NCBI GenBank assembly: GCA_012295275.1 | Contig: CM022666.1 | Coordinates: 13,144,001 to 13,208,000, forward strand | Direction of reading: 5' to 3' | Length of the DNA: 64,000 nt | DNA from: Chrysomallon squamiferum | Taxonomy: Eukaryota; Animalia; Mollusca | In this document: piece by piece, positions 14,636 through 27,139 of the stretch | How the letters are laid out: every line of letters begins with the position of its first letter | Numbering within the stretch: position 1 is the stretch's first letter | The notes under the pieces: generated by a model | The model's database searches: none | Told to the model about the DNA's origin: nothing | What the model saw: the letters and a program-made list of their open reading frames with translations, nothing else | Program-made: the position numbers and the translations under genes

Positions 14636-15644
14636 TTTTTATTTTTATTTTTATTTTTTAAACTTTTTATTGATTGATTGATTTATTTACTGATGTAGAT
14701 ACATAGCTATACATGCACATCAACACTACACCAAAAAATCCATCCACCGAACATAAATTATTTATTCTGTTTTTAAATCAAATGAATATGATTTATTTTT
14801 TTTTTTTTTTTTGGATGGTGATGGAAGGGTAAAATTTTTTAAATATTTTAAAAACAGTGATTATTTCATTGTTTCATTAAATATATTTGAATGCAGTTTA
14901 TTTTATATATATATGAATAAAATCAGCAGGTTTACCACTGTTCTAACTAAGAAATGAAAGTCTCTGTTAAATTAAATGTTGTTTTAATAAGAAATGATTT
15001 TAATTTGCAGGACTCCTCACCATCTCTGAGCCACTTTGATGACAGTGATTCTATAAGTTTAGGAGCTTTTTCTCTTCAGGTGAGATCTTTATTCCCATTC
15101 CTCACTCGTTATTTCCCTTTCCAACCACTGTGAGCCTCAACAGTTTATCAGTGATTTCCTAACTATAGAAAACATTTTAGTTTTATAGTGAATAACAAGG
15201 CATTTACTGAAATATTGTAGTGAATTTTTCTCTTTTTTTATCATTAAACTAACAAGAATTTTTTTTAAAAAAATTAGTTGATACTAAATAAACATAAATA
15301 AATAAAATAAATTTCCTTTCTCTTGGCTTTCATCATAATCTTCTTCATTTTATTTAATTTTTATATTTTTTTTTTTATATATTTTATATTTTCTTAATAT
15401 ATATATTTTATTTTGTTTTGTTTGTTTTTTTTTTTTTATTTATTTGTTTAACAACATTTCAAAATTTCTGTTAAATTTTATTATATTTTTTCCTGTATTT
15501 TTTTTTTATTTTTGTTTTTTAAACATTAGTTTTTGATTTGTTTTTCAACAGGAGGAAATTTCACCAAGGTCATTTCAGACGCCATCGAAAAGATTAACGA
15601 AATACACAACCCTGGGACCAAGCTCAGGAAACAAGTATTTGTGA
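1760..15644 (+). CDS. ECT2: ECT2/pebble Rho guanine nucleotide exchange factor, 5'-partial; join of 17 exons (1760-1859,5200-5315,5961-6023,7036-7240,7690-7820,8145-8333,8844-8954,9493-9589,10326-10407,10971-11049,11487-11606,12042-12180,12872-13027,13862-13944,14277-14445,15011-15079,15552-15644)
   Basis: Manual splicing at GT-AG sites with consistent phases. Peptides match recalled ECT2 motifs: PFFECNISFLGFSKEE...CTHLVV...EWFWGGIQM (BRCT2), SARQLVVKELLQTEINYV, YPPFVNFFE, RFHAFLK, CGRQTLEELLIRPVQRLPSV, INEDKRRT (DH), VSRAFSFNKTP (tail). Exons sum to 2002 nt (3n+1) because of one extra base near 12991. Upstream exons lie outside the window. Confidence 0.95.
5200..5315 (+). CDS. ECT2: ECT2 exon (BRCT2): GHYEPLGSEDCTHLVVDDHNIKELPTDIYLPPYVVRAE
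   Basis: ttttctag acceptor, phase 1 in and phase 0 out; BRCT 'CTHLVV' motif. Confidence 0.93.
5961..6023 (+). CDS. ECT2: ECT2 exon (BRCT2 end): WFWGGIQMEACADEALYIFHK
   Basis: tttcag acceptor, AAG|gtaagt donor; conserved WFW-x-x-IQM. Confidence 0.93.
6481..7070 (+). repeat. Minisatellite (about 8 copies, 60-90 bp) made of the ECT2 intron/exon boundary
   Basis: Unit tttttcccattctagcctgttcctcagagtaagtgtgtcaaacagcagtctttattcatccattcattaactcac recurs near 6481, 6550, 6642, 6722, 6797, 6859, 6941 and 7021. Confidence 0.9.
7036..7240 (+). CDS. ECT2: ECT2 exon (hinge/S-loop with basic NLS KRKRLK)
   Basis: In-frame acceptors at 7035 (tctag) or 7047 (ctcag), so the start is uncertain; donor CAG|gtgag at 7241. 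Confidence 0.82.
7690..7820 (+). CDS. ECT2: ECT2 exon (DH start): DSKLENNENHIVSNNAKPSARQLVVKELLQTEINYVGILNTILN
   Basis: tttcag/gtgagt; DH conserved motif EL-x-x-TE-x-x-YV. Confidence 0.94.
8145..8333 (+). CDS. ECT2: ECT2 exon (DH): TFKAQIEKPDQYNGPLLPPPAVKIIFGNIPPIYDAH...SIGDVILQH
   Basis: ccag/gtgagt, 63 codons, IFGNIP motif. Confidence 0.94.
8844..8954 (+). CDS. ECT2: ECT2 exon (DH): ADALTTAYPPFVNFFENTKKTIIESDKTNPRFHAFLK
   Basis: tttcag/gtatga, 37 codons; ECT2-typical YPPFVNFFE and RFHAFLK. Confidence 0.95.
9493..9589 (+). CDS. ECT2: ECT2 exon (DH): VCLTRPECGRQTLEELLIRPVQRLPSVVLLLG
   Basis: tacag/gtaggt; PVQRLP DH motif. Confidence 0.95.
10326..10407 (+). CDS. ECT2: ECT2 exon (DH end): DIKKHTDPKNPDYQKLEEAISKLKGIM
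   Basis: ttcag/gtaagt; KHT..NPD motif. Confidence 0.93.
10971..11049 (+). CDS. ECT2: ECT2 exon (DH-PH linker): YINEDKRRTDNQVAMFDIMKEIDNCP
   Basis: tttttcag/gtgagt; INEDKR motif. Confidence 0.94.
11487..11606 (+). CDS. ECT2: ECT2 exon (PH): ATLISSHRSFVDRIDVLELSDHLSGRGNHLSLFVFTDSIE
   Basis: taacag/gtttgt; SSHRS...LF.F.D..E. Confidence 0.93.
12042..12180 (+). CDS. ECT2: ECT2 exon (PH): ICKRRIKVLHSSKSPAAYRTPKKAYKHIEMMSLSCIKRVLDVTEAD
   Basis: tttcag/gtgagt; KHI..M.LS.IK.VLD. Confidence 0.93.
12872..13027 (+). CDS. ECT2: ECT2 exon (PH end) with +1 frameshift: DCRGVFAFITRNNTEFKEKLYSFMLDMEDVSKSNLLTDLC / KHLANTICRTDY
   Basis: tttag acceptor, gtacgt donor. TAA at 12991-12993 in the incoming frame; homology (HLANTIC) resumes in the +1 frame and matches the phase of the next exon. 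Confidence 0.88.
13862..13944 (+). CDS. ECT2: ECT2 exon: ETLLATVKGDELNINTKDLNNKLSKAVK
   Basis: tttacag/gtatgt; NTKD motif as in ECT2. Confidence 0.9.
14277..14445 (+). CDS. ECT2: ECT2 exon (polybasic tail): FGKRVSRAFSFNKTPSRLKRAISSV...RLASTFDLT
   Basis: ttgtag/gtgagt; conserved RAFSF.KTP with a CDK-type TP site. Confidence 0.93.
15011..15079 (+). CDS. ECT2: ECT2 penultimate coding exon: DSSPSLSHFDDSDSISLGAFSLQ
   Basis: ttgcag acceptor, CAG|gtgag donor, open and phase 0/0; little recognisable homology. Confidence 0.78.
15552..15644 (+). CDS. ECT2: ECT2 last coding exon: EEISPRSFQTPSKRLTKYTTLGPSSGNKYL*
   Basis: tttttcaacag acceptor, in-frame to TGA at 15642-15644. Confidence 0.78.
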   Translation, partial: EEISPRSFQTPSKRLTKYTTLGPSSGNKYL

Positions 15645-15873
15645 TGGTCAGTTCACTTTTAACTTTTTCTAGCATGAGGTTTCCTCTCTAATTAACTCTG
15701 TATAATATGTGAACATGCAACAACGTTATAAAAATATATTCAAAAAGATTATTGTTGTACCCAGATCAGGTGGATATATTATATACATACTTAATTTGAG
15801 AATATTTTTTTTTTTTTTTTTTTATTTATATATATTATATAAAATATGTATTTGTTATATTCTATATATTCCT

Positions 15874-15923
<50 letters not shown>

Positions 15924-17843
15924 TGTTGTTGTTGTTGTTGTTGCTGTTGTTGTTGCTGTTGATGTTGTTGTCATTGTTCTGGTTATTGTTTTGGAGGAAT
16001 AGTGCAGATGGGGAAGGTTAGGGTGGGGTTAGGGTATGATTCCCTACAGTTGTCAATATTTTAATAAAACCTGATAGATTAGTGTTCATCTGTTGTCACT
16101 TAGCCAGGGTGTAAAAACCAAGTTATCAAGTTAATAAACAGAACACACCACAGACACATTACCTCATTCTGACATTCAAATGTAGAACGTGAATTTCTTG
16201 CCCTTCTCAGTCAGTTTTAGGTTAATGGGAAGTTAGGTGAAATTCTGTGGGGAAACGGAGGTAAGTAAAGTAAATTGGTCAGTCATGACAGTTGAATATA
16301 AACACACAATGTTTTGAGGATTCATCTCTCAGGTAAAAACATCTTCGTGTACTCTATTGATGTGTGACATGAAAGTTATATCACTGTAACAAAAATAAAG
16401 GTAAGTAAATAAAAGTAGGTAAATTGTGATTAGGTACAGTTTGTTAAGAAATAATTGAAATGATTCGACCTTTCACGACCGATTTTTCTAGATTTTTGTG
16501 TTTGTGTGTTCTGTCAGTTAGAGATAAAATATCTGACAAGTTTGTGACATTCTCAGCTGGATTAGGATTAGCAGGGAGATCTGTTTGTGAGGCTGAAAGA
16601 ATGAATCAGAAAATGATTGAGAAAAATAATGTGGTGGAGATACAGTGAGCGTTAAATCAGAGGCAGAGACGAGAGTTTGAGAGAGAAAGAATAAATAATT
16701 ATTTATTTTTATTGTTCGACTTTCTCATCCAAGAACATACAGTAATAACTTGCTGGTAGAAAGAACTGTGTTAGACCACTTGTTTATGCCGTAACAAGTA
16801 TTAATTAATTAAATATTTTTATTTTATGCTTTTTCTATGTGTGGATGTGTATGTAGTATATCCATAACTACTGATATATAATTAGTAAGCCTATTATTTT
16901 TCTAACATAATTAAAACAACTCAAATAAATAATTTAAATAAAACACATTAAGATATCATGGCAAAAAATAAACAAAGAGAATATCGTTTGTTTGTGAGTG
17001 TGTATATCAGTATTGATACATACACATATTTATTATATACATTATACACATATATACCCCCCCACACACACACATATATATACATTTATACACCCACACA
17101 CCCACATAGTTACATACATACATAAATAGACACCCACACCCACACACATACATACTCATTCATTCATACTTACATACACACCTATCCATATATAAATTCA
17201 TTATTTAAATTAGCCCTGGCTTGAACGATTCACTGAAGATAAATTCAGGCTACTATTATTACAAAACACCATGTTTCTGGTCTCAATAAAAAATTTTTTT
17301 TTATATAAAATCTCTCTGATTCCGACTGTCTGTCAGTCAGTGATTGAGTACACAGAGGTTGTGCAGGTCTGTTCACCTGGATAACAAAACACCACAATGG
17401 TCACAGATTTACAACAAATTAATAGTTATTAGAAGACAAAAGGGCCCACTTAGGTTTCCATTAGCTGGAAACAACAACAAACCTACTTTCCTACTCATTC
17501 ACACAGTGCCAGGCTTTTTCACTTGCTGCAGGAATACTTCAACATCCACTGATTGTGTTGTTACACAGTCAGATATCTATTTCAGCTTAATGTGCTGAGG
17601 AAATCATTCTTATACACAAATGTGTGCAGTCATGTATGAATATATGCAAACACATGCATGCGTGCACACACACACACACATGTGCAAATTATAAGCAAAT
17701 CCATACAGCCTTTTGTACATAGTTTTTGTAAGTGCAAATACGATACATAATACCTTCCTGCATATCAGTATCAAATTATAATTTTAGATTATTAAATATG
17801 TTACAGTTATTACTACTACTACTACTACTGTTATTATTGTTAC

Positions 17844-17889
<46 letters not shown>

Positions 17890-18703
17890 GCTACTACTAC
17901 TATCATTGTTATTACTATTATTACTACTACTACTACTAAAAAAAAAATAAGAGAGAGAAAAGAAAGAATGACAAATATTTCATGTAAACAGCAATATGGA
18001 TAGATGATTCAAGAAATACAAAAAAAAAAAAAAAAAAACTCTAAGGAAAGAAAATATGAACAAAATACAGCAATTTACCAAAAAAATAATAATAATTCAG
18101 GAAACACAGACCAATGATTATTATTAACTTCCTCACAATCCTAAAACAACAGAATTAAACAAATACAAAATAAATAAATAAAAAAATAAAAAATGCAAAA
18201 ACCCCCAAAGTTACAACTACAAATTATAGAAAACAATTTCTTTTTCCTTCAAGTTTAAGTTGCCACAGTTCTGACTTTTTTTTTTTTTTTTTTTTTTTTG
18301 TTCTGGCTTGAAGTATGATAATAAAAGATCAATCCTTAGTTGATTGTATTTCCAGTTCTAGCCAGTGTATCCTTAGGTTTGTGTTTTCCAATTTATGGAT
18401 TGGTGCAGCAAAAAGATTTCTTGCTGCTAACAGTGTGGTGATAGTTGGTGTATTTTAATTATTTATTCGTTTGTTTTTCTCTCAGCTGGTTGATGGATAG
18501 AAGTCAGTGATAACAGTTATTATTAAAATGTGGTGATATGTTATATAAAAAATAGATTGATGAGGCAACAGGTGTGAGTGGGTGGAGTTGTGTCGTTAAA
18601 AACAGTTCATTTTCACCTGACTGAGTTTCAGTTCATGTTTCATAAACACTGAAGTTTTGTCCTTTTGTAATGTTGCAGATTCACTTGTGAGTGTGTGTGT
18701 GTG

Positions 18704-18747
<44 letters not shown>

Positions 18748-19367
18748 TAGAAAGACTGAGAAAAACAGAATGTAAGAGGTTATAGAGAGAGAATGTATAC
18801 GAGAGGAATGAAAAAGAATTATATTAGATTGTTTTAATCACATATAACTAATTTAAACTGAAACACACAAAAAAAAAATAAAGAAAGAAGTAAATAAAGG
18901 AATTAAAAAATAAATGAAAAAATTTTTTAAAAAAATTAGAAAAAGTAAAAAAATAAATTGAAACAGATGGTCCATTTTGGATTAAGATTAATGGAGTGAT
19001 TTTTTTTTTTTTTTTTTTTTTTTTAAAAATTTTATTTTTTTTTTTTATTTCAATTTGATTACTGAATTGATTTTGAGACTGGTAGTCATTAGAGTGTTTG
19101 TGGTCCACTTTAAATTTATATAAATTGTAATTAAATTCTGATTCAAGGAGACATGAAAAAACCAAGGATCCATCTTTTAAACAAGATGACCTGACATCAT
19201 TTCTTGTGGGGCACTGCATAAATCAATCGGTCTGCCACTATCACGGAATCGGATATTGAGCTTTTAAAGTTTTTATCTTTTTTTTTTTTTTAAACTTCTA
19301 AGAAATGAAAAGAAAAAAAACAAACTATAATTAATGTCACAGGTTTATTGATTTTAGTGGAAAGAAG

Positions 19368-19409
<42 letters not shown>

Positions 19410-19863
19410 GAAATTGATTTTAGTTTTTTGGTTAAAATCTGTGCCAAAATACTAATTATATAAATGTTTAAGAATTAAATTAACAATAAGAAAAAAATTA
19501 ACTAGGCCATAAATATTCTGTTTAATAGACGTTTTCATTATTTAGTTAAAAATTAACAATAAAACATAAAAGATCATTAAGTCACAACTTTTATGTTTAA
19601 TAGCAGTTTTCAATATTTGATTAAGAATTTAATTGAAAGTAAAAAAAAAAAACACAAAAATTATGAATTATTTCACAACTTTTGTGTTAAACAGAAATTT
19701 TCATCATATTGTTTGTTTGATCTTTCAAATATTTGCTTTCACTTTGTTGTTAATTGTGGTAGTAAATATATGAATGCCAGATATCAAAACAAACAACAAA
19801 CAACATCACACCATTAGACTGATTATAGCTTTGTTTTTAAATGCATCTGTAATTTATGATATA

Positions 19864-19869
19864 AATAAA
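19864..19869 (+). promoter_or_regulatory. Candidate polyadenylation signal for ECT2
   Basis: AATAAA followed by a U/GU-rich stretch; weak because AATAAA is frequent in this AT-rich DNA. Confidence 0.2.
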
Positions 19870-21045
19870 ACTCTGTCTTTCTTGAAATACGAGTATGATT
19901 TGTAAGGAGGAATATTTTTATATATATATTATTTTTTTATTTATTTATTTATTTATTTATATATATATATATATTTTTTTTTGACTATTTGTCTCTTTTT
20001 TTTCTTTTTTTTTGTCTACCTAATGTTGTTGTTAATATAATGGTGAGACAGTGTTAACAATTTTAATGATAGAAATGATAGTTATTAAGAAAGAAAAGCA
20101 GTCTTTTTTTATTGTGTCTACCAAGCAGATTTTCTGCAAAAGCAAAACAACAGGAAAACAAACAAACAAAAAATGGAAATAAAAAAATGTATTTAAATTA
20201 ACATTTCTTCATTATTTTAAAATATACACTGACATGTATATAATTAACACTAGATGTCTTTCTTCCTGTGTAATAACCAAATACAAGCTCTTGCCTTTGA
20301 ATATTTTTTTAATTTCACATACTGCTCCTTAAACAGACAAAACTTAAAAAATTAAATAATAATAATAATAATAATAATAATAGTAAAGCTGCTTGTTTTG
20401 AAATGTTCTTACATTGACCTATCTTCAATAACAGCAATAACAGTAGAGAAAATAAAAGTAGTTTTAAAAGTACAATTGTTTTCAGAGTTTTAGAAATAAC
20501 TGAAATTACAGTAATTTGACAAATTGGTTTAGTATGTCAGAGACAATTTTCCAGTGGTTCTTGACAAAGTTCACTGAACGGAGCTTTACTGTAAGACTTA
20601 ATATTCACTATGTAGCTTTTCTCAGTCGATACTTAAAGTTTCCAACAAGAACTGTTTCTATACTTGTTATTGTTCTTAATCCTGGTTTAGTACGTCTGTG
20701 AGGAAAATGTTGAAGGATCTCTTTAAAATGGACTTTATTTTAAGATTTAGTATTTAGTATGGTGCTTGCTTTTCTCTGTAATATACTTAAAATTTCTAGC
20801 AAGAATTGTTTTCTTCACTTGTAGTTGTTGTTAACATTTTACAGAACAGTGACTGATTGAGTGCACTGCAAAAATCAACACTTGATTACAGTTTTAATGT
20901 ACTCATTATAATGGACATTTGGATTTGAAAAGTTGAAAAAAAAAATTGTCATATTTTTGAAATTCTTGTATTTAAACAATAACAGAAATGAAAATAAATG
21001 TTGTAAATATTTAATTTAAAAGGTATTGAATGTGTTTTTAGTGAT

Positions 21046-21103
<58 letters not shown>

Positions 21104-21908
21104 AGATAAATAATTGCTCATGTAACTGTTTAGTATTTTAATTAAATTATAATTTTAACAACATTCATTAAAAAAACACAAAAATAAACAAACAGCTTCT
21201 CTGAACAAATCCAATTTAAGAAAAAAAAAGAAAAGAAAAAAATAATTTTCTGGTAATAGTGACAGACTGATAATCTCGGTGGACGGGGGACAAGAGTGAT
21301 GAAGAAAATTGCACCAGGCAGCTGTCTGTTTGATATACTTCATGAGACCCAGGAGCTGCATATTAGAGGAGGTTTTCCTCTTGGGGATATATCCGAAGAT
21401 TAACTGTCATGGAATAATATCATTTCCCCCAGCCGCGTGTAGGCTAGGTGTCGCTCCGTGAAAATATATTGCTGTAATGAGACACTTGGTCTGCATGACT
21501 GCAACATCGTCCTCTCATTATCCAGTCGCAGTGACAGCTCTGCAGCATCGTCTAGCGGTGATCTGAAAGCCAGGAATAGCTGCATTGTAACGGCATCGGT
21601 TGCCACAGACCCTTTGTCTGAGTGTTGTCAGAAATTTTTATTTAGTGTCATCGTTTTGCGGAGGTCATCGTTTATCTGTGTGCCTTGCGAGTTGCAGTAG
21701 TTCCCAAGTTGATGTTTTAATGTAATGCTGTACATTTTATTACTCTTTACAGTTATAAACTTGTAGACATACACCCATTCACACTGATATTTAATATATA
21801 TATATAGAGAGAGAGATAAATATCTAGATAGATAAACTGTGTGTGTGTGTGGGTAAGTACGTACATATATATAGATAAGAGAGATAGATAAAGAGATACA
21901 GAATATAT

Positions 21909-21996
21909 GGTTACTCTCATAAGATGTCAGTGTTATCCTACGAAGGTTACAATGCTAAATGCAGCAGGAAAAAGCTGACATCTTAGGACAGTAACC
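21909..21996. repeat. Inverted repeat/hairpin (22-bp arms, 44-nt loop)
   Basis: ggttactctcataagatgtcag (21909-21930) vs ctgacatcttaggacagtaacc (21975-21996): 20/22 complementary. Confidence 0.85.
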
Positions 21997-22847
21997 AGTT
22001 ATTTTTTCTATCCTGCATTCCAGCAGTCAGTATATTTCATTCCATTCTCTACCCAATCAAACTATATTTTTTTGTTCATGACAAAAATTGTAAAGATTTA
22101 TATGTCGAAATCCATTGATCCCAGGAACTAGCATGCTACAGATTATTTTATTTTATTTTTTCATTTTGTTTTTTATTTTTTCAGAATGAATCTGCTAACT
22201 ACCTACTGGTGCTATGTATATTAGAAGGAACTGTGACTTACAACGATACTTACATTTAGATCAGTACAGCAACTACAATGATACCTACATCTGCAGTGGT
22301 GCATGCATCTACAACAACACCTCCAAGTACAACAGTTAGATAAAATGACAGAGGCAGATACTCTGGTTGTGATGTCAATGTTTTAACAAGATGACAATAA
22401 AGAACATTTTTCAAGAAAATGTCAGAAATGTCATCTTCATGTTTTGGGCATTTCGATGGTGTGGCCGTGTAAACTAGAGATTTTTAAAAAATCATAGCTT
22501 ATGTAAATTAGAAATGTATATGTCAAATAAGATATATTTATATATTAATGTGATAGAGAATTATTATTTTATCCTTTCATTATTATTAATTTCTTATAAT
22601 ATTTTAAATTTTATTTTCATTCATTTATTTTTTTTTTTTTATTTTGTTCTTCAGTTCCAGAATAAATAACACAATATTTTTGAAACTTTGCTATTCAGAT
22701 TTATTCAAAGTTTATTCAGTCATGTTGATATATTCTAGACCAGATCATAAATAATTTAACTGCATTCATCAATAAAACAATTTTATTTCTACAAATGACT
22801 GATATTTGTAACTTGTACAATTTCATGTGATGTTGTGACCTAGTTTG

Positions 22848-22910
<63 letters not shown>

Positions 22911-23008
22911 ATTGAGAATGAGTGAGAAAATATGTACAAGTCTAAAAATACTAATCTGTCACTGCATTCTTTAAAGTTACATTTTTTTTAAACTTATTTT
23001 ATTATTGC

Positions 23009-23078
<70 letters not shown>

Positions 23079-23790
23079 GCTGTCATTATTATTATTATTA
23101 TTACTATGAAAGCATTTCATTTGGATATAACAGATATTTGTATATGACTTCATAAATTGTTTTTAGAAATAAGAATACTAAGAAAATACCAAAGAACTGA
23201 CTTACAACAGTCAGTTGTGATTACATATTAGTAAACTTAAATTTATTAATATTTAGACCAAATGCTGCAAAATATCTGTTCACAAAAATACATTGAAATA
23301 TTTTGTTTTATTTAATTATTTCTGTTTTTATATTTATTTTATTTACTTAAATATTCTCTTGTCCCTCATTTTAATTTTTTTTTTTTAACTGTTTATTTAT
23401 TATTTTTTTAAAGTTTACTCTTTTTGTATAAGTATCTGAGAATAAAGCCTATTAAAGATATATTCTTTTTCATTTTTTATTAGTATTTTAAAAATACAAT
23501 AACTTTCAATGTTGTGTGTTTTTGATTGTTTCTGAAATAGCACTTTATTTTTGTTAATTTTAAATTGATTTATGCATCTTTTTCTTTTTCTTTTTTTCAT
23601 TTCTTTCTCAAAGGTAAAAATAAAAATAGTGTAATCCAACAAAATTATTATTATTTTAATCATTTATTTTCTTCTTTTTATTTTTAAGAACAATTTTGTT
23701 CTCCCCAAAAATTGTTCATGTATTAAAACTGTTAATTTTGCTGTGATATATATTTAGAAATACACTGGAAAGTTGGATTAAAATAATAAA

Positions 23791-23831
<41 letters not shown>

Positions 23832-24979
23832 TAAAAATAATTTATGAGTCTTTGTGTAGAAGAAATAAAAAAAAAAAAAAATACATAAAAAATTAATATT
23901 AATAATAAAAACTAAAACTCCTAAAAATGTTCTGATTTTTTTAAAAAGCCGCTTATCAGTTATTAACAATATTCATCAATGATTTAATTTTTAAAATACA
24001 AATGATTAATTATTTTTAATGAAACTTGATTCTGATGTCTTTATGGTTATGTTAGATTATGTTGACATACTTTCATCCATACTGATTAAATTATTTACTA
24101 AAAGTGATTGCATCATTTTGAGTACTAAACAGAAGTTTTAATTAAACTAGTGAGTACTGTAAACTGGGATTAGTGATAATAATAGTGTCAGATGTCAGGT
24201 ATCAGTTGAAATAAAGAGCAGGATTAGTAGATCAATTAGTAATTTTATCAGAATATTTTAAAAACTGAAATTCATTTGTGTTCATTAATTTGAAAGTGTA
24301 TTCTGCATTTTTTTTTATTTTTTTTAATTATTATTTGCTTATTTATTTATTTATTTTTATTATTATTATTATTATTATTATTGAATTCATTGGAAATGGA
24401 GACTTGTTAGCCTAGAATTCCTAGTCAATCATCATCATCATCATTTTATTAGTTTGCATAATAAGATTACATTATTATATTACCTTTTTATAAAAAAAAA
24501 AAATATTTTCAAAAATGTCACACATTATTCCTTTTCAGTTCAAAGGCATTGTATCCAAATATTCTGACAAAAAATTTGAGTTAAAAGAAACACATACACA
24601 CTTGTATGCATACATATATTTGAAGCATAATTTTTAAACAATATTTAATACTATTTTTGCTTGTTGCTTTTTATATTTCATTTCATTTATTTATTTATAT
24701 ATATTTTTTTTTTAATCTTATCTCTTGTTCATTTGCAGAATGTCATTGAACAATGTATAATGTTGGTATGTCTTAAAACTGTTCTCGTAAAAATGTTGTG
24801 AAACACTGAATGTTATATCACAATGCAGCTAGTCTATTTTATATTTAGTTATATATATATTTGAATGTTGCCAGTGTAGATATAAATATAAATATATATA
24901 ATGTACTCTGTGTATAATGCATAAAAAAATACGTCTTCATACAGCAATTTGAGTTCATTGAGTATTTTGTTTAATTTTA

Positions 24980-25049
<70 letters not shown>

Positions 25050-25415
25050 GTTAATTCTAGGGCATTCGTGTGGTTTATATTTATCTTGTAAGTAACATGT
25101 ACAAATATATAAATTTATTTCTCAGACTAAAAACACGATTTTGTTTTTCTTTTTGAGTTCGTTCAGTTTTCTGTTCACGAAAAGGGCAAATCTAGGGGTT
25201 TGATACAAAACAGATTACAAATTATTTTTATTCCTACCTGTACAAGATGAAATATAATGCAACTTTAATCGTGCTCATTTATAGACATTAAATTAATTAA
25301 TTAATAAAATATATGGTATGGACTTCCGTTGTGGAGTGACTGGTATCGCCGAATTGTTCCGCTTTAGCCCAGTGTGATTATCATGAAGTTACCGTTTCTG
25401 TTGACGCTAGAAAAC

Positions 25416-25448
<33 letters not shown>

Positions 25449-26097
25449 TACACACAGTGCATAGAGAAAACTTAGAAGTGTAATAACATGGAGTACAAAC
25501 CGATAAATCAACACTACAGATGTATTTGAACTTGTTTCCCCGAGTCAATCACAGTGTGAGTCTGTTCATGTAGTGGTGGTACGTTATAACTTATTCACGA
25601 TGCGAGAGAAATAATTCATAGAGTGATGAAAAATATTCTCTTCATAAATTAATCTCGTTATTTTGTTTTATTTATTTATTGATTTACTGATTTACTGATA
25701 TGGAGAACTGAAACACTTTCTGAAATGAAAGATTCACTTTACAGTTTAAAGGTTGGAAATAAAACGTACACAATATGTTACTCTGTTTATAAGAAAATCA
25801 ACAACTGTTTTCCCGGATTTGGTCGATATATTTTTTATAAAAAAAAAAAAAAAAAAAAATCATTTTTTTCCCCCCGAATGTTGCAATAGATGTAAGACAT
25901 ATTCGTGAATTAAACGTTGGTCGTACACACCTTAAAAAATAAATAAATAAATAAAAAATTATTCTTCACAATTTTTTATCTTTACAGTGGTTTTATGAAT
26001 TAAATAAAACTTCTGATCATAAGTTTAGTCATTGCTACGATAATTTATGGCCATTCGCCTATTTCCTGTCCAGAACGTTACTCGCTTACCAAACTCA

Positions 26098-26280
26098 GGT
26101 GTATGTTTCCCCTGTTAATGGGAAGGTTCCTGTAAAAGATCACTTGCTTGTTATAGAAAACGAGTGGGCTGTTGCTTGGCAACAGCAGGCTTCCTGTCGA
26201 TTTCTGTATGAACCTGATAATGTGTAAAACTCGCATATAATAACTGAAGGTTTAGGGAGTCGTAAAATAAACCATTTTAT
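26098..26280 (+). mobile_element. Degenerate gastropod-type SINE core and 3' tail
   Basis: ggtgtatgtttcccctgttaatgggaaggttcctgtaaaagatcacttgct...tggcaacagcaggcttcct...gtcgtaaaataaaccattt resembles, from recall only, an abundant gastropod SINE body. Related fragments lie near 12700 and 36300. Confidence 0.5.
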
Positions 26281-27071
26281 TTTATTTGTAGCAATTAATA
26301 ATACACATTTTGTTCTTTTTTGAAGTGTTAATTAAATATCATTTGAAATTGTGCACTGTTGTTTATGGTTATAATTTCGAAATAGCAGTTTATTGTAGTT
26401 AAATAAATCGCCTGCATTAAAAAAATTAATAATAATAATAAATTTAAAAACAACAACAAAAAAAAAACACACTTTGAAAACAATATGCAAAATTAATACT
26501 TTCGTATAATGAATGCCTATATTAATAGAAAATAATGTTTGTAAAATACTACCAATAACATTTAGTAAAGTAGCAGGTAGCAGATATGAATCAGCACGAA
26601 ACTGCTGTTGAAAACTTCAAAGTAATGTTAGAAAAATAGAAAGCATGGTATGTAGCAGTAATAATATTGCTACCATAGAAGCTTATAATTTAGAAGTAAT
26701 TGCTGTACATGTAACATGTGGTGTCACCTGCTGAAATATTGTTCCTATAATCGACAAGTGTACTGTGCAGACATGTGCTGTAGATGACACAATGCTAGCA
26801 ATAAATATACATATTACTGTTAACAACAAGTAATTTCTGTCAGCAGTGTCGAAGTAATATGCAGTAGTATGCAGGGTTCGAGCAGAAATAGCAGCATTAC
26901 TTACTTGTCGACTCTTATCATTCCGAACTACTGTGAAAATACAGTAACTGTAGTATTTACTGACATAGTAATAGTGCAAAGTCTACTCCCACGTAAGAGA
27001 AGCTTATAAGTACGAGGTAAAGACGTAGCAAGTAATTTTCCGTTTGAAGATTGATAAGATCGCGGAGGAGC

Positions 27072-27103
<32 letters not shown>

Positions 27104-27139
27104 AAGCTAAGGGCAACAAAAAAGAGAGAAAAAAAAAAT

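Noticed and set aside
21400-21700. ORFs 21400-21606(-) and 21458-21700(+)
   Set aside because: Short, no recognisable domain, no convincing splice context
22185-22345. Strong acceptor followed by Ser/Thr-rich exon-like sequence
   Set aside because: Stops in the frames examined and no partner donor or homology
16000-25000. Pumilio-type TGTAHATA and multiple AATAAA motifs in the putative 3' UTR
   Set aside because: Expected by chance at this AT content
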